A stretch of 58,240 nt of DNA from a virus (IMGVR_UViG_3300033075_001233:64001-122240); one strand, 5' to 3'. Numbered from the stretch's first letter, positions 47,925-56,682 are shown. Notes: generated by a model from the letters alone, not told the origin. Translations and numbers: made by a program.

Positions 47925-48167
47925 AAGATTCCCGATGTAGACATAACGGGAGTTTGCTATATGTCCACCGTATGAAAAAAAATACCGTCTGTCAATCAGG
48001 AGTTTTACCTAAGTAGTGATTTCTCGTTCCTGCTAATTGCATATCGCTTAGGGCTTGCTGCATAATTGCAGATGGTAAAAGAACTTAGGTAGCGTATTCG
48101 TGCCAACTTTGCTGCCTCCGTTGTTAATTTCACTCAGTTATGAGTGTAGCACTTATTTTCACCCGTT
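47925..48167 (-). ncRNA. Candidate structured non-coding RNA of unknown class
   Basis: ORF-free, GC-richer than the flanks, with nested complementary segments (TAACGGG/CCCGTTA, TACCTAAGT/ACTTAGGTA, CACTCA/TGAGTG, CTGCA/TGCAG). Strand assumed from the neighbours. Confidence 0.45.
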
Positions 48168-48170
48168 AAT

Positions 48171-48422
48171 CTATTTTATAGTTAAATATTCCGCAATTAA
48201 CCTAATTTCTTGATTATCAGCATCTTCTTTACTTAATCCTGCAAAAATAATTTCTTTAATTACTTCCTTCCAGTCATATTTTACTATAGTATTATGTAAA
48301 AGTGGTTGTCTTTTAGTTTGCTTTTTTTCATATTGCTTAAATCTTTTGGTTAAGTTAGTAGACTGACCAATGTAAACTTTCCCATTAGGAAAGGTTAATT
48401 TATATATAATGTAGCTTTTCAT
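48171..48422 (-). pseudogene. Truncated GIY-YIG endonuclease (catalytic domain only)
   Basis: YIIYKLTFPNGKVYIGQS...EIRLI, stopping at 83 aa; own TAGCTTTG element at 48433-48426. Confidence 0.65.
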
Positions 48423-48463
48423 GCTACAAAGCTAAGTAAAAGAAATGGTATTACCAAATATAT

Positions 48464-48757
48464 TTAAGAAAAATTAATCATTTCTTTTACTTTCAAAATA
48501 GATTCTTTATTAATTGTAGAACCTATAATTATATCAGGATTGTGATAATTACTACAACTTATACAAGGGCCACGATATGGAGTATGATCGTCACAATTTG
48601 GACGAGTTAAATCTTTTGTTTCAGCTTCTTCAGCACATTTATCTATCACTGCTTCTACTATTTCTTTAATAGCTGCTTTTACATACATAGTTGTATGATC
48701 TACAAGGGGGTATGGTAGATGTTTATCAAGAATTGCTTCTATATTAATGTTTTCCAT
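48464..48757 (-). CDS. Hypothetical protein with a Cys/His insert
   Basis: ORF; CDDH...CISC. Confidence 0.55.
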   Translation of the reverse strand: MENINIEAILDKHLPYPLVDHTTMYVKAAIKEIVEAVIDKCAEEAETKDLTRPNCDDHTPYRGPCISCSNYHNPDIIIGSTINKESILKVKEMINFS

Positions 48758-48892
48758 ACTAAATAAGTTTATTCATCATCATCATCATGAGAACATACAC
48801 AATTATAGTATATTCTACCACAATCAAGACAATAATTTCCAGAACTATCTGGTCTGAAAAAGTTTTTTATTTTTTTAAATAATATTATCATG

Positions 48893-49069
48893 TTAAGAAA
48901 GTTTTAACTTTGGAAATAAGAGCTTTCTGTCTTTAGGCCACATATTTGCAATGTATTCCTTTTGAACTTGTTTCAATGTCTTTGTATCAGTTTCAGACAA
49001 TCTGTCATATTGAGCTTTCAATACAGCTTTCTTATAAGCTGGATTAGCGTTTCTTGCAAATTTTGCCAT
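48893..49069 (-). CDS. Small basic hypothetical protein (58 aa, not in the ORF track)
   Basis: MAKFARNANPAYKKAVLKAQY...KLKLS-stop, read by hand. Confidence 0.5.
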   Translation of the reverse strand: MAKFARNANPAYKKAVLKAQYDRLSETDTKTLKQVQKEYIANMWPKDRKLLFPKLKLS

Positions 49070-49234
49070 GTTAAATAAGTTTTAATGTTTCTTCAATAGC
49101 TTTATTCCAAGCCTTTTCTCTTGTTGGAAATTCTCCTTGAGCAAATATAATTTTTTCATATTATAATTTAAAAAGTTTATTAAAATAATACTCTACCCAC
49201 ATTATAAAAGCTACTATTCTTTTTGTAAACTTTG

Positions 49235-49471
49235 TCATGTAATATTTTCTTTTGGATTATAATACTTCATTTTAGTTTTATTAGGATTTCTACCTGATAA
49301 CATTGCACAAAGTGTACTGCTTACTACATTAATGCTTTTAGCTGCTTGTTTTATAGAATTAAATATTTCTTCAGTTTCAGTATTTTCATATTTTACTTTA
49401 AACAGCCATTTAATAAAAATGCTTAAAACAATTGCAACAGATGCAATAAATGTAATAATTTCTAATATCAT
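49235..49471 (-). CDS. Chimeric ORF: N-terminal TM segment plus a NUMOD1-like remnant
   Basis: TEEIFNSIKQAAKSINVVSSTLCAMLSGRNPNKT resembles homing-endonuclease C-terminal HTH domains. Confidence 0.5.
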   Translation of the reverse strand: MILEIITFIASVAIVLSIFIKWLFKVKYENTETEEIFNSIKQAAKSINVVSSTLCAMLSGRNPNKTKMKYYNPKENIT

Positions 49472-49491
49472 ATTTTAAAATTTTTTAATTG

Positions 49492-49830
49492 CTATATCCA
49501 ATATTTGTCATAGAATTGTTTGTCTATTAATATATTATCTAACTTTTTCTTCGCTACATCTATAGCAATATCGTAAGATTTGTTAGGATAAGCTGGTGAT
49601 TTCTTTATATTTTCAAGTTCAGATATATCATAATTTGATACTTTTGACCAAAATTTATCGTCAATTTTATATTCTGGAGTACCTGAAAATATAAATAAGC
49701 TACTTACACTAAATTCGATACATCCTTGTGGTATTTTTGTAATTCCTGTAATACCTACTCTATTTTTATATTCTATATAACGAAGAGTAACTAAATCAAA
49801 TAATTCTGGAGGTAATTCTTTAAGTTTCAT
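49492..49830 (-). CDS. Paralogue 3 of the KxLPxEL...TPE..FW...YPxS...FYxKYWI family
   Basis: Shared motifs with the two upstream copies; ATG at 49830 overlaps the upstream TGA. Confidence 0.7.
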   Translation of the reverse strand: MKLKELPPELFDLVTLRYIEYKNRVGITGITKIPQGCIEFSVSSLFIFSGTPEYKIDDKFWSKVSNYDISELENIKKSPAYPNKSYDIAIDVAKKKLDNILIDKQFYDKYWI

Positions 49831-50129
49831 ATCCAATATTTATCGTAAAATTCTTTATCTGATATATTTGATCCTGATTTAGGATAACATGACATTTCTC
49901 TAGCTTCATCTAGTTTATCATCATGGACTATGCTCCAAAAAGTACCTCCTTCTGGGGTTTCACTTCAAGTAAATAAATTAAATACATTATCTTCAAGAAT
50001 ATCATGCCTTGGTATAATATCTGCTACATTGTATATTCTTCCTGTTCTTCGTAATTTATATATCTCACATTCCTTATATCTCAATATAGCAAGATCACGT
50101 AATTCCGGTGGAAAATCTTTAATTCTCAT
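49827..50129 (-). pseudogene. Paralogue 2 of the same family, interrupted by an in-frame TGA at codon 55
   Basis: MRIKDFPPELRDL...LFT*SETPEGGTFW...CYPKS...EFYDKYWI; TGA at 49967-49965 aligns with Trp in paralogue 1. Confidence 0.75.
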
Positions 50130-50455
50130 ATCCAATATTTATTATAAAAATCAATTTCAGTTATTTGTTTATCTATTTCATCATCATCAAAGAATGCTTT
50201 ACGAGCAGATTTAGGATATGCTGGAGATTTAAATACATAACTCATATTACCCTCATTTACTTTACTCCAAAAATTATAGTCTATACCATGTTCAGGAGTT
50301 TCTCTCCATGTAAATAAACAGCCTACATTCCATTCATATGATTCCGAAGGTAGGCTATTACAAGAAAGATTACCTTCTCTTCTTTTTTGTTGAACATATC
50401 TTGCTTCTATCAACGCAATTAATTCAGATGGTAGGTCTTTAATTGGTGTCGCCAT
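50126..50455 (-). CDS. Paralogue 1 of the same family
   Basis: IKDLPSEL...LFTWRETPE...FW...AYPKS...FYNKYWI. Confidence 0.7.
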   Translation of the reverse strand: MATPIKDLPSELIALIEARYVQQKRREGNLSCNSLPSESYEWNVGCLFTWRETPEHGIDYNFWSKVNEGNMSYVFKSPAYPKSARKAFFDDDEIDKQITEIDFYNKYWI

Positions 50456-50629
50456 ATATCATAAATTTATAATATAATAATTTCTTTCAGTGATAAATTT
50501 AAAAGTATATCCACAATCTTTCAGTTCTTCTTTTTCAGATTCTGTAAGTGTCTTAATTGTTATATTTTTGATTCCTTTAATCTTAGCAGTGTTTAGTTTA
50601 TACTTTAATTTTTCACAAATCATAGATAA

Positions 50630-50857
50630 TTAATTTTCAAATTGATATAATGGGTCTTTTAGTTTGTTATACTCAACCAACAAAGCGTCATAATCATTTT
50701 TAAGTAAATAATAGTCATCTTCGAGTGATGAAAGTTCATCGTTTATAGAATCTAGCTTTTTTTCCAATTCTTCATTCTCTTTTTTTAAATCTGCAATTTG
50801 ATTTTCAAGATCATCAATATGTGATCTTACGTCATCAAGTATATCCATAAATATCAA
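50630..50857 (-). CDS. Small coiled-coil protein
   Basis: Continuous heptads. Confidence 0.55.
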   Translation of the reverse strand: MIFMDILDDVRSHIDDLENQIADLKKENEELEKKLDSINDELSSLEDDYYLLKNDYDALLVEYNKLKDPLYQFEN

Positions 50858-51135
50858 TTTAAAAATTCAGGAATAGGATCATTATCTTGTATATGAAGCA
50901 CTAATCTTTTAAATTCTTCCATTGTTAATTCTTCATATCCTTCACGAATAACTGGACAACTATAAATCCTAGCCCAATGTCTAGATAGTTCTAATGCAGA
51001 ATGAAAATATCTACCATTATAGACTTTATGTTTTACATAATCACTTGATGCATTAGGCATTGTTAAAAAGAACTTTTGTACAATTTTTGTGTTATCTGCT
51101 TTTACACACCATTTTTCGGGAAGTTTCTCTCTCAT
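50854..51135 (-). CDS. Small hypothetical protein (C-terminal PEFLN)
   Basis: ORF; related to 43853-44137. Confidence 0.6.
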   Translation of the reverse strand: MREKLPEKWCVKADNTKIVQKFFLTMPNASSDYVKHKVYNGRYFHSALELSRHWARIYSCPVIREGYEELTMEEFKRLVLHIQDNDPIPEFLN

Positions 51136-51150
51136 AATAATTTTAATTTA

Positions 51151-51187
51151 AAAAATAGTGCCCCAGAATCTATCTGAGGCACTATTT
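51151..51187 (-). terminator. Intrinsic terminator
   Basis: AAATAGTGCC...GGCACTATTT stem with a T-rich tail on the - strand. Confidence 0.8.
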
Positions 51188-51209
51188 AAAAGTTTAATAA
51201 AATGCAAAA

Positions 51210-51572
51210 TTATGCATCAACTTCAGCGGAAGCTTCTTTCAGCAGACCTTCAAAGAATTCAATTGAATCTTTAGTTGCTGTCAGGGTATCCTGCGCTGTT
51301 TGCAGCCTTTCATAATAAATTTTCACATTCTGTACGAATGCCTTATTATCATTAATAACTGTTTTGGGGTACTTAGCTTTGTTGTAGTTTTCCTGAGCTT
51401 CTTCTACATTTACTTCATCATCCACGAGTTTTGCTCTCAAAGCTGCGAGTTGGCTGCTATAAGCAGAATCAGCTTTACGGGCATTACGCAGGGCGATTTC
51501 AGTGTTTTCATCACCTTTCAATTGGGCCAGCACTTGTTTTGCGAAGTTTGTTACTTTTTGTGTTGTTGTCAT
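51210..51572 (-). CDS. Helical hypothetical protein with high-expression codon usage
   Basis: CTG/CGT/ATC/AAC codons; followed by a terminator. Confidence 0.7.
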   Translation of the reverse strand: MTTTQKVTNFAKQVLAQLKGDENTEIALRNARKADSAYSSQLAALRAKLVDDEVNVEEAQENYNKAKYPKTVINDNKAFVQNVKIYYERLQTAQDTLTATKDSIEFFEGLLKEASAEVDA

Positions 51573-51616
51573 TTTGTTTGTTTTTTAAATGATTAATAAA
51601 AAATGAAAAATTTTTG

Positions 51617-53422
51617 TTATAATATTACCAATTTTTGCTTTTTTGGTGTGGTTTTTACAATCATAGGAGACTGAAATTCAAGACCATCATCTACATCACT
51701 ATATGATATCCCACTACTTAATTTTGAAGGATATGAACCATCATCATGTATATATTCAGAGGTTTTAGATTCAGCTTTTCTAAATTTCCTTAAATTATAG
51801 TATGAATAAAAACCATTAGCTTTTATGAAAAACAATCCTCTGTCTGATGTACCACTATCAATTCCATAGCATATATACCCATCAATAATTGCAATTTTAT
51901 GTATAACAACCTTAGATAGCCATATACCAATTCCGCTAACCCATCTTGGATTACCAGCTTGATTATAAAATTGATTACCTATTATATTACTATACTCATT
52001 AACTATATTCCCATCTAAGTTATCACCTATATTGAATCCACCATGTGCCGTTATACTTAGATAACTCACTCTTGATACTGTGGTTGTTGGTGATGATGGT
52101 GGTGATTTATGTACTACTTCATCATCAAAAGATTTTAAAAATTTAACATATCCTTCAGCTAATATCCACACATTTGAAGTACCAGATACAAGAAAACACA
52201 CTTTATCTTCTATCATTCCTATTTTTGCGACATGTCTATCTCCTATAAAATGGCTTGAACCTACTCCTATAAATGAAGAACCATCATAATAGTTTTTATA
52301 TTGAGATACCCATTTATTTAAATCTTTTGCATAAAGTATAGACCCCACTACATATCCATCATAACTGTCTAATGTCATCATACTATCTTCTTTTTTAGCT
52401 GGTTCATCTGCTGGAATAAGAAACTTTTCAGGAAAATATTTCCTTTCTGCTTTTTCTATTTCTGAAGGTGTAGCAGGTCTTAGATTAGATTTCTTCCAAC
52501 AAGCACCTGAGCATGTAGTTTTTTCCGATGCATAATACATATCACCACTAAACCCTTTCTTTCCATCATATTGAAATACATGACCTATCACTCCACTATA
52601 TGCGCCACCGTTTGGGTCTATAAGATTATCTATGACATACCAATTATTATGAATCATTTCAAAGCTGGAAGGTTTTGATGCAATATAAGTGGTAGGACTA
52701 AATCCTTCAGGCATTAATTCTACACTTCTCTCTCTAAAAGATTCTTCTGCTTTGTCCTTTGATACATATGTAAATTTACCAGCATAATCAAATATATACA
52801 CTGATGTACCATCATCTTTCTTTATTTCGTAATATTGTCCTTCTTTTACAGCAGCTCGATTTGCATTATCTTTTAATGCTTTAAGATATCTTCCTACAAA
52901 TGATGATGATGTCTTTTCAGGAACTTTTTCTACACTTTTTTCAGGTGGTGTAAATCCAATTGGCATTATTCTGAATCCTCGTATTTCTTCTCCAGCTAAA
53001 AATCTTGGTGTTTCAGATTCATTTCCTAAATAATTACCATTTTTTAATTTATAGAAACCAAAATGCGTATCAAAGCTGTCAATTTGAACATAATCACCTT
53101 TTTTTACCATATAACCATCCACTGTACATCCATTTGCACCATATACTAAGCATTCAAACCATCTTCCTATAATTGATGCTGATGTTGATATTTTATCAGG
53201 ATGTCCATCAGGTAGGAATTTAGAATATTCTTCGGGAGAAGCTTCACTAAGATAATAAGTTCCTCCCCATGAACCATATTCTTTAGAATAACCACCTTTA
53301 TATATTCTTTCATCATAATCTATATTTTCTCCATCAACACCGTCTCTTTTGGCTTTGCAAAAATCATGTTGAGTTGACCACGATGTATTTTTATACCATT
53401 TTCCTTTTACATAATTTGCCAT
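51617..53422 (-). CDS. Large mosaic hypothetical protein of short aromatic-rich modules
   Basis: 601-aa ORF with modules separated by S/P/K linkers. Confidence 0.7.
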   Translation of the reverse strand: MANYVKGKWYKNTSWSTQHDFCKAKRDGVDGENIDYDERIYKGGYSKEYGSWGGTYYLSEASPEEYSKFLPDGHPDKISTSASIIGRWFECLVYGANGCTVDGYMVKKGDYVQIDSFDTHFGFYKLKNGNYLGNESETPRFLAGEEIRGFRIMPIGFTPPEKSVEKVPEKTSSSFVGRYLKALKDNANRAAVKEGQYYEIKKDDGTSVYIFDYAGKFTYVSKDKAEESFRERSVELMPEGFSPTTYIASKPSSFEMIHNNWYVIDNLIDPNGGAYSGVIGHVFQYDGKKGFSGDMYYASEKTTCSGACWKKSNLRPATPSEIEKAERKYFPEKFLIPADEPAKKEDSMMTLDSYDGYVVGSILYAKDLNKWVSQYKNYYDGSSFIGVGSSHFIGDRHVAKIGMIEDKVCFLVSGTSNVWILAEGYVKFLKSFDDEVVHKSPPSSPTTTVSRVSYLSITAHGGFNIGDNLDGNIVNEYSNIIGNQFYNQAGNPRWVSGIGIWLSKVVIHKIAIIDGYICYGIDSGTSDRGLFFIKANGFYSYYNLRKFRKAESKTSEYIHDDGSYPSKLSSGISYSDVDDGLEFQSPMIVKTTPKKQKLVIL

Positions 53423-53435
53423 TGTTTTTTAAAAT

Positions 53436-53747
53436 TTAATAATGAAAACTTAAAAATTTGTACAAAGTACTCTCCTTTGGAATTACAAATTCAGGAGTTG
53501 TACTTTTCTTAACAGGAGCTTTTCCCAACATTAACATTTCTCTGATTTCCTGTTTTCTTGCTTCAGAGTACTTATATCCATATTTAAGATAATTTTTAAG
53601 TGTATTATTCTTATCACATGGAGATTTGTTAAACACTTTTGTTTCTACAGGAATAATTTGACCTGTATGAAAATTGATTCTTGGTTGAAACCGGTATATA
53701 ACTCTTGTATATCCGAGTTTTTGGATTGGGGAGAGTGTTCTTTTCAT
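53436..53747 (-). CDS. Hypothetical protein
   Basis: ORF. Confidence 0.5.
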   Translation of the reverse strand: MKRTLSPIQKLGYTRVIYRFQPRINFHTGQIIPVETKVFNKSPCDKNNTLKNYLKYGYKYSEARKQEIREMLMLGKAPVKKSTTPEFVIPKESTLYKFLSFHY

Positions 53748-53815
53748 ATTTAGATTTATTTAATGTGTCCATTAATCATCCATGAATATAAACAAATTAC
53801 AAGTAGCATTCCTAT

Positions 53816-53846
53816 AAAAGGAAGCACCCAACTTAACGGGTGCTTC
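53816..53846 (-). terminator. Hairpin/terminator
   Basis: GAAGCACCC-N8-GGGTGCTTC. Confidence 0.6.
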
Positions 53847-53883
53847 ATGTTGTCATATTTGCTTACGGTCCTTTTTTTCATTG

Positions 53884-54156
53884 TTAATTAGTTATCCTTA
53901 TAGGAGTCTCCAATTGGTATTGAGGTATATTCAGCACCTTTTTTGGAACATTTCCTTTAAAGTGGTGTCTTAAAAATAGTTTGTGTTTATATTTTGCAGC
54001 AGCTTTATCCAATTTCTCCTCTTTTGTATGTTTAAACACGCTGTAATCTACAGCATTTGTAAAAGCAGGTGTTCCTATACTAATCGGAGCATACCCATCA
54101 TTAAAGGTATTGAATCTCTGCCTGATTGTGATTTCACTGATTGAGCCTCTTGACAT
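53884..54156 (-). CDS. Hypothetical basic protein
   Basis: ORF with an A-rich leader. Confidence 0.55.
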   Translation of the reverse strand: MSRGSISEITIRQRFNTFNDGYAPISIGTPAFTNAVDYSVFKHTKEEKLDKAAAKYKHKLFLRHHFKGNVPKKVLNIPQYQLETPIRITN

Positions 54157-54194
54157 AATTTTAAATTTTAAAAGTTATTTAATTGAAAATTGTT

Positions 54195-54491
54195 TTAACG
54201 GAAGGATGTTACAAAAACAACCTGATATCCGCAGTATTTGGAAAGAAAATCAATCTTTCCCTTACTTTTATTACCAATATCACCCTTTCCATTGGGTTCT
54301 TTTAAAATTTCAATTTTCTTGTTGGCTCCGCTAACACGACAGTCGTGTTTTTGATTAAGTGCATGTACTACACTTGTTTCTTCATAATTTCTCTGTTTCA
54401 TCGTTTTTTTAGTTTTAAAAACTTTACACAGAATGTGTATAATTTTAGTTAATAAATAAGGGTTCTGTTTCTCTTGGTTGTGCCAATTCAA
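54195..54491 (-). CDS. Hypothetical protein (start probably MKQRNY)
   Basis: KGKIDFLSKYCGY C-terminus; the track start is probably over-extended. Confidence 0.5.
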   Translation of the reverse strand: MNWHNQEKQNPYLLTKIIHILCKVFKTKKTMKQRNYEETSVVHALNQKHDCRVSGANKKIEILKEPNGKGDIGNKSKGKIDFLSKYCGYQVVFVTSFR

Positions 54492-54708
54492 TACATCCTC
54501 CTTCTATAAGAGAATCTAATGACCAACCTCCGTTTTTTATAGAAATGGCTATATGATTTCCTCTGTTAATCATATCTTCAATAATTGCCTCAAAAGGATA
54601 CGTTACACGATCTCTTACATCCATAAAAAATCCGGGTCCTGATGACCATTGTTTAGGTCTTTTAATAATTCTTACTAAATCGCCTTTTTTAAAATCACTT
54701 GTTATCAT
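54445..54708 (-). CDS. Small KOW/SH3-like protein (C-terminal EPLFIN)
   Basis: FKKGDLVRII. Confidence 0.6.
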   Translation of the reverse strand: MITSDFKKGDLVRIIKRPKQWSSGPGFFMDVRDRVTYPFEAIIEDMINRGNHIAISIKNGGWSLDSLIEGGCIELAQPRETEPLFIN

Positions 54709-54854
54709 AATAATTTTTTTAAAACTAAACTATAGTATCATAGGCCAAATAGGACTAAATTTACAAAGCCCTTGCTCAAATGATTTTATGAGCGCATCTT
54801 GGGTTATATGATTCCCTCATCTCTTATTTCATAGAAATACTACAATTTAGTTAA

Positions 54855-55127
54855 TTAGTTTATAAATAGAGGTTCGTCCTCCGTTTCTTCAAGAAATTCA
54901 AAAGCATTATGTATTATACACCCTCTTTCAACACCCTGTTCACGAGTATTCCATCCACATCCAGTAGAATAGAGATATATAGTATTGTAACCATGCTCCA
55001 TATATCTACCTATTGCAAAATGATGAGGATTAATTAAATGAGCAATATCATCAAACTCTTTTGCATTTTTGCAGTAGATACCATTTTTACCATCTGCTGT
55101 TTTATAGTCATTTACATTTTTCTTCAT
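54855..55127 (-). CDS. Small hypothetical protein (C-terminal EPLFIN)
   Basis: ORF. Confidence 0.6.
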   Translation of the reverse strand: MKKNVNDYKTADGKNGIYCKNAKEFDDIAHLINPHHFAIGRYMEHGYNTIYLYSTGCGWNTREQGVERGCIIHNAFEFLEETEDEPLFIN

Positions 55128-55141
55128 AGTTAAAAAGAATT

Positions 55142-55177
55142 AAAAAAAGGAGGGTGAAAATAACACCCTCCCCTTTT
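55142..55177 (-). terminator. Intrinsic terminator
   Basis: GGAGGGTG-AAAATAA-CACCCTCC flanked by A/T runs. Confidence 0.8.
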
Positions 55178-55207
55178 ATTCATACAATTCAACACAATTT
55201 CAGACAA

Positions 55208-55669
55208 TTACCCGGCGAATTTTTCCATTTTCTTCAGGAGAAGAGCTTTACGATCTTCTTTATCCATCAGTTCTTCAGCTTCTTTCTTCAGAGCATTCAG
55301 TTCATCGAGCTGGTCTTTCTGTTCGATGATTTCAATGCGGAGCTGGATATCACTTTTCCATTCTTCAACAGTACCACCATCAATTTTTACTACAGGGTAG
55401 TTGGTGATGCCCAGTACTTCATAAGCCTGTTCCATAGACTGAGCACGAACAAGGATACCAGAAAAGGCTTTCACCAGTTCAGCGGGGCTTGTTTGTGTTT
55501 TAATGTCCATTTCACCGGATGCTGTTCTCACTTTACCATTTGTTTTGTAAACACTGTCAGCGATATGTTTCATACGGCTGATTTTTTGGTTGAGTGATGT
55601 CAGGAATTCAGGTACTGAAGAATCAGGACGGAGTGCAATTGCTGTTTCTTTTTTGTCGTTCTTTGCCAT
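55208..55669 (-). CDS. Helical hypothetical protein with high-expression codon usage
   Basis: CTG/CTC/CGT/ATC codons; followed by a terminator. Confidence 0.7.
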   Translation of the reverse strand: MAKNDKKETAIALRPDSSVPEFLTSLNQKISRMKHIADSVYKTNGKVRTASGEMDIKTQTSPAELVKAFSGILVRAQSMEQAYEVLGITNYPVVKIDGGTVEEWKSDIQLRIEIIEQKDQLDELNALKKEAEELMDKEDRKALLLKKMEKFAG

Positions 55670-55716
55670 TTTGATTTGATTTTTAAAATTATTAATAATT
55701 GTGAAAAAAGATGTTT

Positions 55717-55920
55717 TTAATTAAGAAATTCCATAGGTACAGAATTATCTAAAGATATATCTATCAATAAGAAAAACAAAGGATCATATTCACCACCAAC
55801 TTCCATTAAATATAAACTAGGTCCATTTTGATACTTCACTGTATATATAGAACCTATTTTTACATAGGCATAATCACTGCTAGTTCTAATAACTTTTTGT
55901 CCATTTTTAAATTCTGCCAT
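55717..55920 (-). CDS. Small SH3-like protein (C-terminal MEFLN)
   Basis: FKNGQKVIR...G.IYTV...YDP..F.L. Confidence 0.65.
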   Translation of the reverse strand: MAEFKNGQKVIRTSSDYAYVKIGSIYTVKYQNGPSLYLMEVGGEYDPLFFLLIDISLDNSVPMEFLN

Positions 55921-55926
55921 AAAAAA

Positions 55927-56148
55927 TTAATTTATAAATTGTATTAATATATCTTCATGAGATACATTCTCTTCTTTTTTAGAAACGAGTGTAAAAAATG
56001 AAGGTTCATAGCTACTACCAACATTAACTAATAATAAAGTGCTAGTAGTACACATTTCTACAGTGTAGATTTCACCTTTTTTAACACAACCTCTGTCATC
56101 TTCTATCCTTAATACTCTGTCTCCGGGATTGAATAATGGTTTTCTCAT
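55927..56148 (-). CDS. Small SH3-like protein (C-terminal QFIN)
   Basis: FNPGDRVLR...GEIYTV...YEP..F.L; paralogous to its neighbours. Confidence 0.65.
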   Translation of the reverse strand: MRKPLFNPGDRVLRIEDDRGCVKKGEIYTVEMCTTSTLLLVNVGSSYEPSFFTLVSKKEENVSHEDILIQFIN

Positions 56149-56151
56149 AAA

Positions 56152-56478
56152 TTAATTTATAAATTCATTAAACATTTCAACATTAGTATTAGAAGTTGGA
56201 GATTTTCTCCAAGGAGGCTCAGTGTATTCACCTGTTTCAATACAGTTAAAAAACCAGTTCATCGTATCCACATCCGTTACTTCTTCAAATTCTACACTCG
56301 GAGATGTAAGATGTATCTCAGATTTAACAGTTGTAAATACATCCTTTTTATGCGTATGTATTATGTTTTCAGTACCATATTGCTTTTGGAAATAAGATAG
56401 TCCTGAACCATACTTTGATGTTTCTATAGGAAACTTTGCAATATATATAACATGATCAATTGTTGATTCTTTTTTCAT
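56152..56478 (-). CDS. Small hypothetical protein (C-terminal NEFIN)
   Basis: ORF. Confidence 0.6.
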   Translation of the reverse strand: MKKESTIDHVIYIAKFPIETSKYGSGLSYFQKQYGTENIIHTHKKDVFTTVKSEIHLTSPSVEFEEVTDVDTMNWFFNCIETGEYTEPPWRKSPTSNTNVEMFNEFIN

Positions 56479-56484
56479 TTTTAT

Positions 56485-56682
56485 TTAATTTAAAAATTCA
56501 GGAATAAACGTAGAATCAGAAGATTCTACTACTATAAAAGCACTTGCATCATAGCTTCTATAATTATCTTCTACTAAACATAATACATTATTAGAAGCGA
56601 CACTAGCTACTGTATATATTTCTCCATATTGAGCTATTCCAAATGAATCTTTTATTCTTTTTATTTTATCTCCGGGTTTCAT
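56485..56682 (-). CDS. Small SH3-like protein (C-terminal PEFLN)
   Basis: MKPGDKIKR...GEIYTV...YDA..F. Confidence 0.65.
   Translation of the reverse strand: MKPGDKIKRIKDSFGIAQYGEIYTVASVASNNVLCLVEDNYRSYDASAFIVVESSDSTFIPEFLN

Noticed and set aside
47925-48422. GIY-YIG plus structured region as a second group I intron
   Set aside because: No P7/S-type AAGAUAUAGUC motif and no interrupted host gene could be identified.
18819-55597. Plus-strand ORFs inside the - block (e.g. 22817-23200, 25798-26187, 34820-35149, 55154-55597)
   Set aside because: Antisense to convincing genes, with the F/I/L/S-rich composition typical of reverse-complement translation.
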